NCBI RefSeq assembly: GCF_006345805.1
Contig: NC_043002.1
Span: 116,126,001 to 116,190,000, forward strand
DNA length: 64,000 bases
Source of the DNA: Octopus sinensis
Taxonomy: Eukaryota
Direction of reading: 5' to 3'
Shown here: positions 1-12,232 of the stretch, piece after piece
How the letters are laid out: each line of letters begins with the position of its first letter
Numbering within the stretch: the first letter of the stretch is position 1
Program-made: the position numbers and the translations under genes
The notes under the pieces: generated by a model
Seen by the model: the letters and a program-made list of their open reading frames with translations, nothing else
Database searches by the model: none
Told to the model about the DNA's origin: nothing

Positions 1-293
1 TTATATAGATATATGCATACATATATATATGCACATACAACATTATATAATACATTTGCATAGTCTGCAAAGATGCTGAATAGAGAATACTAATCTTCAA
101 ACTTTATTCTAGAATATTTTAGATTCATCACTGATTCACAGAGAAAAATCATTTCTTTCCTGGACTGATACTGCCTTGATGGGAAAGGATATCTATTCTC
201 TTCAGCTTGCAAAATACACCTGGTTTATGGGTGGTATGGAAAGGAACTCTGAACTCTTCCAATAAACATGACACCCACTGAAAGTAAATTATC

Positions 294-1017
294 TTCGACG
301 TTCTACCCTCACCGGCGAACTTAGTCCGGTGGAACATAAAAACAACCGACGAGTATAGATGCGGAGAGAAAGCGACAGTTAGACATGTTCTGTCAGGTTG
401 CAGACTAGCACTTGAAAGGTATACATGGTGGCATAATCAAGTCCTCGGCGTCATAAGCGCAGCACTCAGAGCAGATTGAGAGGTACAATAGGGGAGAGTA
501 CCCAAAAGTAGAAAAGCGCAGGAGAGTATACTTCTACAAGGAGGGAAAAGGTTATAAAACCAGGCCTACAAGTAAAGTATACAAGATAGACGAAAGATGG
601 AAGGGATACTGCGAGGTGGCCACGGATTTGGAAAGACAAGTAATATTTCCACTAATAAAAACAACAAAAAGACCGGATTTAGTTCTTTGGAACAGAGATT
701 GGAGAATGGGAATTTTACTAGAACTGACAGTACCTTGGGAAGAGAACATCAGCAATGCAGAGGAACGAAAGGAGAAGAGGTATGAAAAGCTAATCGAAGA
801 ATGCAGAGAACAGGGATGGAATGTCGAATATTATCACCTGGCAGTGGGGGCTAGAGGCTTCATTGAAAGGAAAATGACAATGCTATTCAAAAGAAGATTT
901 GTGTTTTTCTAGCTCTGAGCTGCAAAAACTAATAAGGGGAGTACAGGAATCGGTCGAAAAAACCAGCTTCTATATATGGCCGAAGCGGGAAGACCAAAAA
1001 TCGCTTGAAAGTCATAA
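294..1017 (+). mobile_element. 3' fragment of an RLE-type non-LTR retrotransposon (HERO/NeSL-like), disrupted by stops and frameshifts
   Basis: From 294 the + strand reads FDVLPSPANLVRWNIKTTDEYRCGEKATVRHVLSGCRLALERYTWWHNQVL (degenerate CCHC knuckle plus RHN-like motif). ORF 616-912 has RPDLVLW...LLELTVPWEE...K..RY, a PD-(D/E)xK restriction-like endonuclease. Confidence 0.85.
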
Positions 1018-1503
1018 CATGCCGACGGGAAATAACATCATTAGGTGAGACAAGCTGACTGACAGGTGACGGTCGTTTAGAAAAAGCACGGACTAAAACT
1101 AAGCGCCTTCAGTAGTCTGTTATGGTGAGACAGTGTCATGTGACAACTTGCTGGGGCTGCCTGCTGGAGTCTAGCGGTTGGTATTTAAAGGGAAAAATTT
1201 GACAAGTCAGTCAGTCACCGGCTGACACTCGTTGACGATACATCAGGCCAGGGAACAGAAGAAAGAAGACATGCACCCAACACTAGAGCTGAAGACACCT
1301 CCGAAAGGGGGGGGGCAGCCACGTCAAAATGGTAGAGGAGTAGGGGCCGAAACCAGAGATGGTTCCTCCTGATAATGTCTCGAGCTAACTGGGCCCTATA
1401 AAGGAGCTGTTGTGGTAGCAGACCACGAAACACAGTTGTAATTCCTGCATACAACATACATTTGACATGGCTTAAGGAGGTATATATACTAATGGAGTGA
1501 TAA

Positions 1504-1566
1504 TTTTTAGGGTAGGATTGAGTATTTTTAGGGTGGGATTGAGAATTTTTAGGGTGGGATTGAGAA
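1504..1566 (+). repeat. 3 copies of a 21-bp G-rich unit TTTTTAGGGTGGGATTGAGAA
   Basis: Direct reading of the sequence. Confidence 0.85.
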
Positions 1567-1877
1567 TATGTTAAATATAGGAAGAAGTAATAGTGGTGAT
1601 TTGTATCTATTGAACCAGAAGTATTACTTCTGTGAAAACATTTTGAAGAAATGGTGAAGGGAGGAATGCATAAAATAAACAATAATGTTTATAAGTAAGA
1701 ACTACTTGACACAATATTGTTTTTATCGATTCCAATCAGACTATGACATGCCATATTAATATGATAAATTCCACATTTTGCTAATTTTTCAATATATGCA
1801 AAAATGTGCATAGATATTTATTTTGATTTATTACGCTCTTTATTTTAATGACACATTATTCTGAAAATATTTTTCAG

Positions 1878-1973
1878 GCTCTTGGAGAAATTGTTGATAT
1901 TGGTAGTGATACCAAATTGTCAGTGGGACAGTCTGTGATGTATATGGTACATGGAGCATTTGCTGAATTTAAG
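1878..1973 (+). CDS. PTGR3: PTGR3-like exon (ALGEIVDIGSDTKLSVGQSVMYMVHGAFAEFK)
   Basis: ttttcAG acceptor, GTtaga donor, phase 0/0. Confidence 0.9.
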
Positions 1974-3286
1974 GTTAGAAAAATGTTCTTATTATTCTTA
2001 ATACTAATGAAATTAATTATATTTTCTTTCAGCAGTCACCATTAATGTTTAAGCACTCTCATTTAAACCATTCTAACATACTTTAATTAGACCATGATAT
2101 GAATTTTTTTTGAGCCAGTGTAATTTAATATACTAGGCCTAACATTCTAGAGTTCTCTAAAAGTATTTCCACTTAGCACATCAAAGATCAAGGACTATGA
2201 TCTGTGTCAAATGCACATATCAGTGAAGTAATCTTTCATAGAAACTTGTTTGATTTCATCACAAAGTTGATACAGATAAACCAGTCTTAAGATATGTGTT
2301 ACACATCATCCTTAGATCTAATCAATATTAATTTTTTGCTTTGTTTTACATGCATAACATGCCAAGAAAATATGATATGTTAAAATTATAATCTTTCTGT
2401 ATATAAACTAAAATTTCAGTGATCAAATATTTTTATCAACCATCTTAGTTTATTTGCTTTAAAGTATACTAAAATTTGTCTACTTTTCCTATGGAAATAT
2501 AAAGCAGTTCATAATATTCATACTTCGGCCGTTCTTGATTATTGTGGTAAAACAAAAGGGTTTTTACCTTGGAAATCTATCTAAGATTAAATTATAGTTT
2601 GTGCATCCATTTGATTCATTGATTTTGTTTTGTTACCTAACTAAATCTTTGACAATATTCAGATTTTTTGACTTAGTTGTCTTTTTTATATGTGTAATTC
2701 TTATGTAAATGTTATATTGATTTTTCACTGGGAACTAGATCAACTTTTGTAATGGATTTATTTTGTAATGGATTTAAGTGTTAGAATTAGAGAAAAAAAT
2801 ACTTTACTTGCAATTATCTCCTAAAGAATAAGGTATTTGTGGATTTCCACTTTATAAATTTAAAGTTTATTTTATTCATTTTACTCTCTTACATTGAATT
2901 TGTTGTGACTTTTTAATCATTTTTTTAGTTTAAATGTTTTGTAATTTCACCTCATAAATGTATTTCTTTTACTCTTCTGATAGTTGATGATTGAGTAAAT
3001 TGTCAATGATTTCTGCAAGATTTGATTGAATAAGCATGTAATTATGGTTTGCAAATGCCCATAAACACTGCTGGATTGAGAGGACTCTTGGGTCTTATTG
3101 AAGATATATTAACTGGTGCCATGACAAAATGCATTAACTACACTTTGTGAAGTGGTTGCTGTTATGAAGGACATACGAGTGAGATGTAATCTTCCAACCT
3201 ACTTAGGAAGCAGAAACCCAAAATAAGAACTGACATGGACTGTAATGATCTGTTCAGTCCATGATAGAATGGAAAACAGACTTCAA

Positions 3287-3320
<34 letters not shown>

Positions 3321-4180
3321 CAACAACAACAATGACAAAGATGACATGGTGACAATGTTGTTGTTTAACTATCTTAGGTCAATGTTGATTGGAATGATGT
3401 ATGATTAAAAGAATTCCAACTGTGACCATCTTGTCTTTGTAATGTTTTGTTGGAATGCTTTGTGTAATATGCCTTTCCTTATTTAAGATGATAAAATGCT
3501 ATCTGAGGAATTTTTAGCTCCTGTTTTTAGCAGGGGATTATATAGAAGCTACCATGTTGACTCATTATGCTTAGTGAAACTAGTAAAAATATTGACATTT
3601 GAAATATCTACTTTTGAAATGGGTCCAGTATAAATACCAGCTTCGAGCCTGGCATGAATAAGACTACCACAAGCTGCCATGTGAAAAAGGTTTGAAAGAA
3701 TAACCAGATTGCATTGTCTGTTGTGCAGATTAACAAGAGACACATTTGGATTTTAAGTGGAGGTGTCCATTCAAAAAATATGTTGCACTCTCCACCCGAT
3801 GCCAGCACAGCCAACAATAAGCCTGCAACTTATTCTAGGAGGCAAGGGATAGCACAGAGGTTACTTGTCCCAAGATCCTGAAGTGGGTTCAGAAGGGAAC
3901 AACCTAGACAAAGATTTTGTTACATATTAAAAATTGAAAGGAAATCGTTTTCTTTGTAAAATATATCTGAACATTATCTTTCAAATCTCACTAACCAAGA
4001 AGTTTGAACATTCAACAAGGCCCTGTGGCTTAGAAGTTTACTTCTCAGCCATGCGGCTTCTGGTTCAGTCCCACTTTATGACACCTTGGACCAGTGTCTT
4101 CAAGTATAGCTTTGGAACAATCAAAGCCTCACGAGTGAGTGGATTTGGTAATGGAAACTGAAAGAAGCCCATCGTAATTA

Positions 4181-4217
<37 letters not shown>

Positions 4218-7200
4218 ATGCGTACCTCACTGTTTTGACATCACATGATAGTTGTAACTGAGTGTCACTATCATATCTGGTGTTATTCATCTCCATTCTA
4301 ACACAAAAACATCTCTAGTTACAGGGAAATATTAGTTTGCTTGGAAACAAGTGTAGACTGGTCATAGGAAAGGAATTTGAACGTAGAAAATTTGCTGCAA
4401 CGAATTCTGTCTGACCCATGCAAGCACAGAAAAGTCAACATTGAAACTATGAGGATGATGACTGTCGTAGAGCTTTGGTTTGAATATTCATATCATTGTC
4501 ATCATTATCAACACTTGACGTCCGTTTCCCATGCTGGCATGGGTTGGACGACTTGACAGGAACTGGCAAGGCCAGGGGCTACACCAGGTACCATAGTCTG
4601 TTTTGGCATGGTTTCTACTGCTGGAGGCCCTTCCTAATACTACTACTTTACAGAGTGTACTGGGTGTTTTTTATGTGGCACCATCACCAGTGCTTTTCAC
4701 ATGGCACCAGCACCCACACCAATGTTTTTTATGTGGCACCTTGGTTTTAGGATCTTAATTCTGTTGTGGTGGGTGAGTCTTCTTGAGTACAGCTAGGTGC
4801 CACATATCTTAGTCCTCTGTCATCTCCTTTGTAATGTTCAGAAAAATATGGAACACTTCACATATGAAATAATTATTCTTATGGTGAATAAACTTTATAG
4901 GCACAGTTAAATATTTTATATATTTTCTATTTCCTTTAGATAGTTTCTGCCAGCAAAGTACTACCTGTACCTTATTTGGGCTCTGAATTTTTACCATTGT
5001 TAGTGAGTGGACTCACTGCCAGCATAAGTTTGGATCAGGTAAGTAGGCTATATAGAAGAAACTGTAGATGTTATAAAAATAAATTTCTTGTTTGGGAAAT
5101 AATTGCAGAAAATAGTTTACAGAAGTACAAAAATTTGTAGCTGAATGTAGGTATATAAATAAAGGTTTATTATGTAAATTTCTTTAAACGTCTAATATAA
5201 AAAGGTAAAAAACCTGAAGTTAGATATTTTTATGAATACCTCTCAAATGGATAATTTTTGTTGCTAGTATGTATCTGAAAAAAAAAGAAGAATAAAGCAG
5301 AGAAATATGAAATTGCTTTATTGAATTCTAGCATTAAAGAAATAACCTTTTAATAAACGATTGACATTGACATTTTCTAGTGAAATATTTGGTATTAAAA
5401 ACACTAAAACTCAATTAAGGAATGACAAAATGTTTGTAATCTAATATTCTATTATTTTTATTTCTGAAGGTTGGTTGCATTAAATCAGGTGAAACAGTTC
5501 TTGTCACTGGTGAGTTTAAAATTAATTCTATATTTAGGTTTCTTTAGAGTAGAATTTAATTCCACTTTATTTATCTAAGAAAAACCCATTACATCGTTTG
5601 TTCTATTTTGATAGGAAGTGTTGGTTTGTTTTAGTTTATATGAAAATGGAAGTTCCATTTATATCAGAGAAAGGGGTGGTTGAAGCAATTGAAATTTACA
5701 TAACAGTTTAATATGATACACTATGAATGAATTAATTCCGCATAAGAAAGTATTGCACTAGATTGATGTTTAAAGAGTATTCTATAACCAATTTTAAAGA
5801 GTATTCTAGAACCAATTTTAAAGAGTATTCTATAACCAATTTTAAAGAGTATTCTAGAACCAATTTTAAAGAGTATTCTAGAACCAATTTTAAAGAGTAT
5901 TCTATAACCAATTTTAAAGAGTATTCTATAACCAATTTTAAAGAGTATTCTAGAACCAATTTTAAAGAGTATTCTAGAACCAATTTTAAAGAGTATTCTA
6001 TAACCAATTTTAAAGAGTATTCTATAACCAATTTTAAAGAGTATTCTAGAACCAATTTTAAAGAGTATTCTATAACCAATTTTAAAGAGTATTCTAGAAC
6101 CAATTTTAAAGAGTATTCTAGAACCAATTTTAAAGAGTATTCTATAACCAATTTTAAAGAGTATTCTAGAACCAATTTTAAAGAGTATTCTAGAACCAAT
6201 TTTAAAGAGTATTCTATAACCAATTTTAAAGAGTATTCTATAACCAATTTTAAAGAGTATTCTAGAACCAATTTTAAAGAGTATTCTATAACCAATTTTA
6301 AAGAGTATTCTATAACCAATTTTAAAGAGTATTCTAGAACCAATTTTAAAGAGTATTCTATAACCAATTTTAAAGAGTATTCTATAACCAATTTTAAAGA
6401 GTATTCTAGAACCAATTTTAAAGAGTATTCTATAACCAATTTTAAAGAGTATTCTATAACCAATTTTAAAGAGTATTCTATAACCAATTTTAAAGAGTAT
6501 TCTATAACCAATTTTAAAGAGTATTCTATAACCAATTTTAAAGAGTATTCTAGAACCAATTTTAAAGAGTATTCTATAACCAATTTTAAAGAGTATTCTA
6601 TAACCAATTTTAAAGAGTATTCTATAACCAATTTTAAAGAGTATTCTATAACCAATTTTAAAGAGTATTCTATAACCAATTTTAAAGAGTATTCTATAAC
6701 CAATTTTAAAGAGTATTCTAGAACCAATTTTAAAGAGTATTCTATAACCAATTTTAAAGAGTATTCTATAACCAATTTTAAAGAGTATTCTAGAACCAAT
6801 TTTAAAGAGTATTCTAGAACCAATTTTAAAGAGTATTCTATAACCAATTTTAAAGAGTATTCTATAACCAATTTTAAAGAGTATTCTATAACCAATTTTA
6901 AAGAGTATTCTATAACCAATTTTAAAGAGTATTCTAGAACCAATTTTAAAGAGTATTCTAGAACCAATTTTAAAGAGTATTCTATAACCAATTTTAAAGA
7001 GTATTCTATAACCAATTTTAAAGAGTATTCTAGAACCAATTTTAAAGAGTATTCTAGAACCAATTTTAAAGAGTATTCTATAACCAATTTTAAAGAGTAT
7101 TCTATAACCAATTTTAAAGAGTATTCTATAACCAATTTTAAAGAGTATTCTAGAACCAATTTTAAAGAGTATTCTATAACCAATTTTAAAGAGTATTCTA

Positions 7201-10200
7201 TAACCAATTTTAAAGAGTATTCTAGAACCAATTTTAAAGAGTATTCTAGAACCAATTTTAAAGAGTATTCTAGAACCAATTTTAAAGAGTATTCTAGAAC
7301 CAATTTTAAAGAGTATTCTATAACCAATTTTAAAGAGTATTCTATAACCAATTTTAAAGAGTATTCTAGAACCAATTTTGAAGAGTATTCTAGAACCAAT
7401 TTTAAAGAGTATTCTATAACCAATTTTAAAGAGTATTCTAGAACCAATTTTAAAGAGTATTCTATAACCAATTTTAAAGAGTATTCTATAACCAATTTTA
7501 AAGAGTATTCTATAACCAATTTTAAAGAGTATTCTAGAACCAATTTTAAAGAGTATTCTATAACCAATTTTAAAGAGTTTTCTAGAACCAATTTTAAAGA
7601 GTATTCTAGAACCAATTTTAAAGAGTATTCTATAACCAATTTTAAAGAGTATTCTATAACCAATTTTAAAGAGTATTCTAGAACCAATTTTAAAGAGTAT
7701 TCTATAACCAATTTTAAAGAGTATTCTATAACCAATTTTAAAGAGTATTCTATAACCAATTTTAAAGAGTATTCTAGAACCAATTTTAAAGAGTATTCTA
7801 TAACCAATTTTAAAGAGTATTCTATAACCAATTTTAAAGAGTATTCTATAACCAATTTTAAAGAGTATTCTATAACCAATTTTAAAGAGTATTCTATAAC
7901 CAATTTTAAAGAGTATTCTAGAACCAATTTTAAAGAGTATTCTATAACCAATTTTAAAGAGTATTCTAGAACCAATTTTAAAGAGTATTCTAGAACCAAT
8001 TTTAAAGAGTATTCTATAACCAATTTTAAAGAGTATTCTATAACCAATTTTAAAGAGTATTCTATAACCAATTTTAAAGAGTATTCTATAACCAATTTTA
8101 AAGAGTATTCTAGAACCAATTTTAAAGAGTATTCTAGAACCAATTTTAAAGAGTATTCTATAACCAATTTTAAAGAGTATTCTATAACCAATTTTAAAGA
8201 GTATTCTAGAACCAATTTTAAAGAGTATTCTATAACCAATTTTAAAGAGTATTCTATAACCAATTTTAAAGAGTATTCTATAACCAATTTTAAAGAGTAT
8301 TCTATAACCAATTTTAAAGAGTATTCTATAACCAATTTTAAAGAGTATTCTAGAACCAATTTTAAAGAGTATTCTATAACCAATTTTAAAGAGTATTCTA
8401 TAACCAATTTTAAAGAGTATTCTATAACCAATTTTAAAGAGTATTCTATAACCAATTTTAAAGAGTATTCTATAACCAATTTTAAAGAGTATTCTATAAC
8501 CAATTTTAAAGAGTATTCTAGAACCAATTTTAAAGAGTATTCTATAACCAATTTTAAAGAGTATTCTATAACCAATTTTAAAGAGTATTCTAGAACCAAT
8601 TTTAAAGAGTATTCTAGAACCAATTTTAAAGAGTATTCTAGAACCAATTTTAAAGAGTATTCTAGAACCAATTTTAAAGAGTATTCTATAACCAATTTTA
8701 AAGAGTATTCTATAACCAATTTTAAAGAGTATTCTATAACCAATTTTAAAGAGTATTCTAGAACCAATTTTAAAGAGTATTCTAGAACCAATTTTAAAGA
8801 GTATTCTAGAACCAATTTTAAAGAGTATTCTAGAACCAATTTTAAAGAGTATTCTATAACCAATTTTAAAGAGTATTCTATAACCAATTTTAAAGAGTAT
8901 TCTATAACCAATTTTAAAGAGTATTCTATAACCAATTTTAAAGAGTATTCTATAACCAATTTTAAAGAGTATTCTAGAACCAATTTTAAAGAGTATTCTA
9001 GAACCAATTTTAAAGAGTATTCTATAACCAATTTTAAAGAGTATTCTATAACCAATTTTAAAGAGTATTCTAGAACCAATTTTAAAGAGTATTCTATAAC
9101 CAATTTTAAAGAGTATTCTAGAACCAATTTTAAAGAGTATTCTATAACCAATTTTAAAGAGTATTCTATAACCAATTTTAAAGAGTATTCTAGAACCAAT
9201 TTTAAAGAGTATTCTAGAACCAATTTTAAAGAGTATTCTATAACCAATTTTAAAGAGTATTCTATAACCAATTTTAAAGAGTATTCTATAACCAATTTTA
9301 AAGAGTATTCTAGAACCAATTTTAAAGAGTATTCTAGAACCAATTTTAAAGAGTATTCTAGAACCAATTTTAAAGAGTATTCTAGAACCAATTTTAAAGA
9401 GTATTCTAGAACCAATTTTAAAGAGTATTCTATAACCAATTTTAAAGAGTATTCTATAACCAATTTTAAAGAGTATTCTAGAACACCAAAATTGTTTTAG
9501 AGCAAAGCTTATAATGCTTTGTGTGTGATATAATTTTCCTAAAGATTTCACCACACACCATTAGGGAGTGGTGTGATTACCAAATCTGCCGCTCCAGATG
9601 ATTTATTTTGGATATTGATTGCTATATAATCAGTTAGATTGAGAAATTATATGATTCTAACCACAACATTGCTGAAGAGACTTAACTAGCTAAAATTATA
9701 AATCTTTGATTGTTAGACCTCCATGTTGTCTCTATGGGTCATAATCATAAAGTTATTTTAGAACGAGGTTAAAAATATTTTCTTATATAGAATTAATTTT
9801 TTCATTGTTTCTCACAGAAAGGCTAAATTAATTGAAGCATCAATAAATATTGATTTTAAATGCCAATTATTTTTTTTTTTAATGAGTGCTAGAATTTGTA
9901 CTTTATATGTTCATTTTAAAATGTAGTCGCCAAACATAAAACACTCTCCAAATATTATATAGAGATAAAACTTTGTAATAAGCTGTATCTATTCATAGTA
10001 TCAATTTAGAATTGGAAGGCCTATGCTAATTACAAATATCGACATAATATGGCAGTGATAAAAGCAGTTGAAAGACATAAACAAAATATAGTATTAAATA
10101 TTTTCCCATCATTTGACTTTTTATATTTTATATTTTTATTCAATATTTTAATTAAGCTGCTGCTGGTGGTACTGGACAATTTGCTGTAAGTATTCTTCAA

Positions 10201-12192
10201 TTCTGAAGTCTATTTTCCAAAATGCAAGTAAGGTATTGGTCATTTACATACATTTTTGTTGTAGCTTACTTTTTAAGAAAAAAATATCATAGGTCACTTT
10301 TTAAAAAAGATCACTTATTCAGAATTTAATTACAGATGAACAAAAATGCTTGCTTCACAACTTTAGAGTTGTGGTTGCTGTTTCTTACACTTTTTAATGT
10401 TGATAGATTAAATTGAGGGAGAATTTATTAATTCTTGTAGGTCTAGTTACTACATAAATACTCCATTGGAGGAACAGAAACTGGGAACATTGCACAAATT
10501 CTGAACAACTTAGACAAGATTATTTGTATTCCCAATCAGTAATGGAATTGGTGGAGTAGAGGTTATGCAGGCATTCAATGTTCTCCCTCTTTTCAGTTAA
10601 TGAAGGTGCTTGTAGAGTCTAACCCCACTTCTCACTCCATGGTTGACCTCATTGTAGGGTAGGTACAAGAGGCCAGATCCGGTTGGTATGAACAGAAAAT
10701 GCGTAGAAAGTTTGGGATGGTTATGACCAGTTTAAATACTAAATAGTTAAATCAGTCATGGGCATCCTGCACCCTGTGGGACTTTCTGATTGGCAGACCT
10801 AATGAAAAGTTACATTCTATTTTTTTAGTAGTGTGACCCACTTGATGATTAACCATGTCTCTTCGCTCACTTCTCATGTGGCTTGCTTCTTATGCTTGTT
10901 TTAGCCCTTCAGCATTCAAACTGTTCAAATCAGACCCAAATATTCTTCCTGTTTTATGTTTAAAACGGACAGATCAGGCCATTCACACCTACACTATTGT
11001 GTCATTTTAAAAATAAACAATCACATCATTAAAATCCCAAAGCTATGAGATTATATATAATAAATTTAAAAGCAATGTGAATAAATAAGCTTTACATTTG
11101 ACAGAATAATCTGAATGCTAAAGAGTTAAACATTTAAAACTTGTTCAACACCATGGTTTGGAAAGTTATATGGATGCAAGCTCTATTTGATTTTGCGACC
11201 GAGACCTTTGGCAATATGCTGTGCTTGAGAAAAACTCATCAAGTCAAGTGAAACCGTAGTCATAGCCATTGCCAGTGTCATGTAAATGGCACCTGTGCTA
11301 GTGGTATGTAAGAAGTACCCATTATACTCTTGGAGTGGTTGGTGTTAGGAAGGGCATCCAGCTGTAGAAACCATGCCAAATCAGACTGGAACCTAGCACA
11401 GCTCTCTGGCTTACCAGTTCCAGTTCAACTGTCTAACCCATGTCAGCATGGAAAGCAGTTATTAAATGATGATGGTGATAGAGCAGGGGAAGGGGCAAAA
11501 TATTTCCCATTTTCTTGTGGAGGTTGCTTGTTTCTGTCAGCGTGAGAGAACCCAATATGTTAGGGTCTATGTCAAAGCAATGATCCATTGGACAGGAGAT
11601 CTCATCAGCCTTTGGTGTTATTGTAGTATACTAATGGCCTGCTTGCTGTTGTAAACTCTTTCAGACTACTTCTAATATAGCTTGCCTTCCTGTCTACAAT
11701 AGAATTGATTTTGCTTTCAACTACCGATATATTGGCTGCTCTACATTGTCAATCTCCCTTTGATTTCCATTGCTTCAGTTTACACATGTTTTGTGCTGTG
11801 TATATTAAGTTTCGAATATTGGCTTTGTTGGCAATATACAATCTTGGCATATTGCATAAGATATTAAAAGAAAATCTTTATTATAAAGTATATATTATGT
11901 TGCTTTTTGATTAACTTGTGTCTTGCTAAAGAATATTTAATGCATTTAAGAAATATTCTGCTAAAGTTTTTTTTGTTTGTTTTAATTTGTGCTGCGATCT
12001 TAACTAAAGGTGATTGTCTGCTGTTAGCTATAAAAACTGTTCTAAAGCTACAAATAGTTTCTCACCAATATTTAAATTTAAAATAATCTAATTTATAACA
12101 TGGTGTAATGAATATTTATTGTTCTGGAGAAATGCAGGTACACTCATAATAATATGTGAACAATAGATGAACAAAAACATATACACCCCACA

Positions 12193-12232
<40 letters not shown>

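Noticed and set aside
1285-1375. CTGAAGA-CACCTCC(GAAA)GGGGGGG as a hammerhead
   Set aside because: No GAAA after the hairpin and no stem I pairing
5769-9484. CRISPR-like array
   Set aside because: Units are head-to-tail with no unique spacers; eukaryotic context and no cas genes
5721-9554. Three ORFs of more than 1,200 aa (KEYSITNF, RILFKIGY and EYSLKLVI repeats)
   Set aside because: Artefact of a 24-bp unit (a multiple of 3) without stops; intronic and open on both strands, with no non-repetitive coding flank
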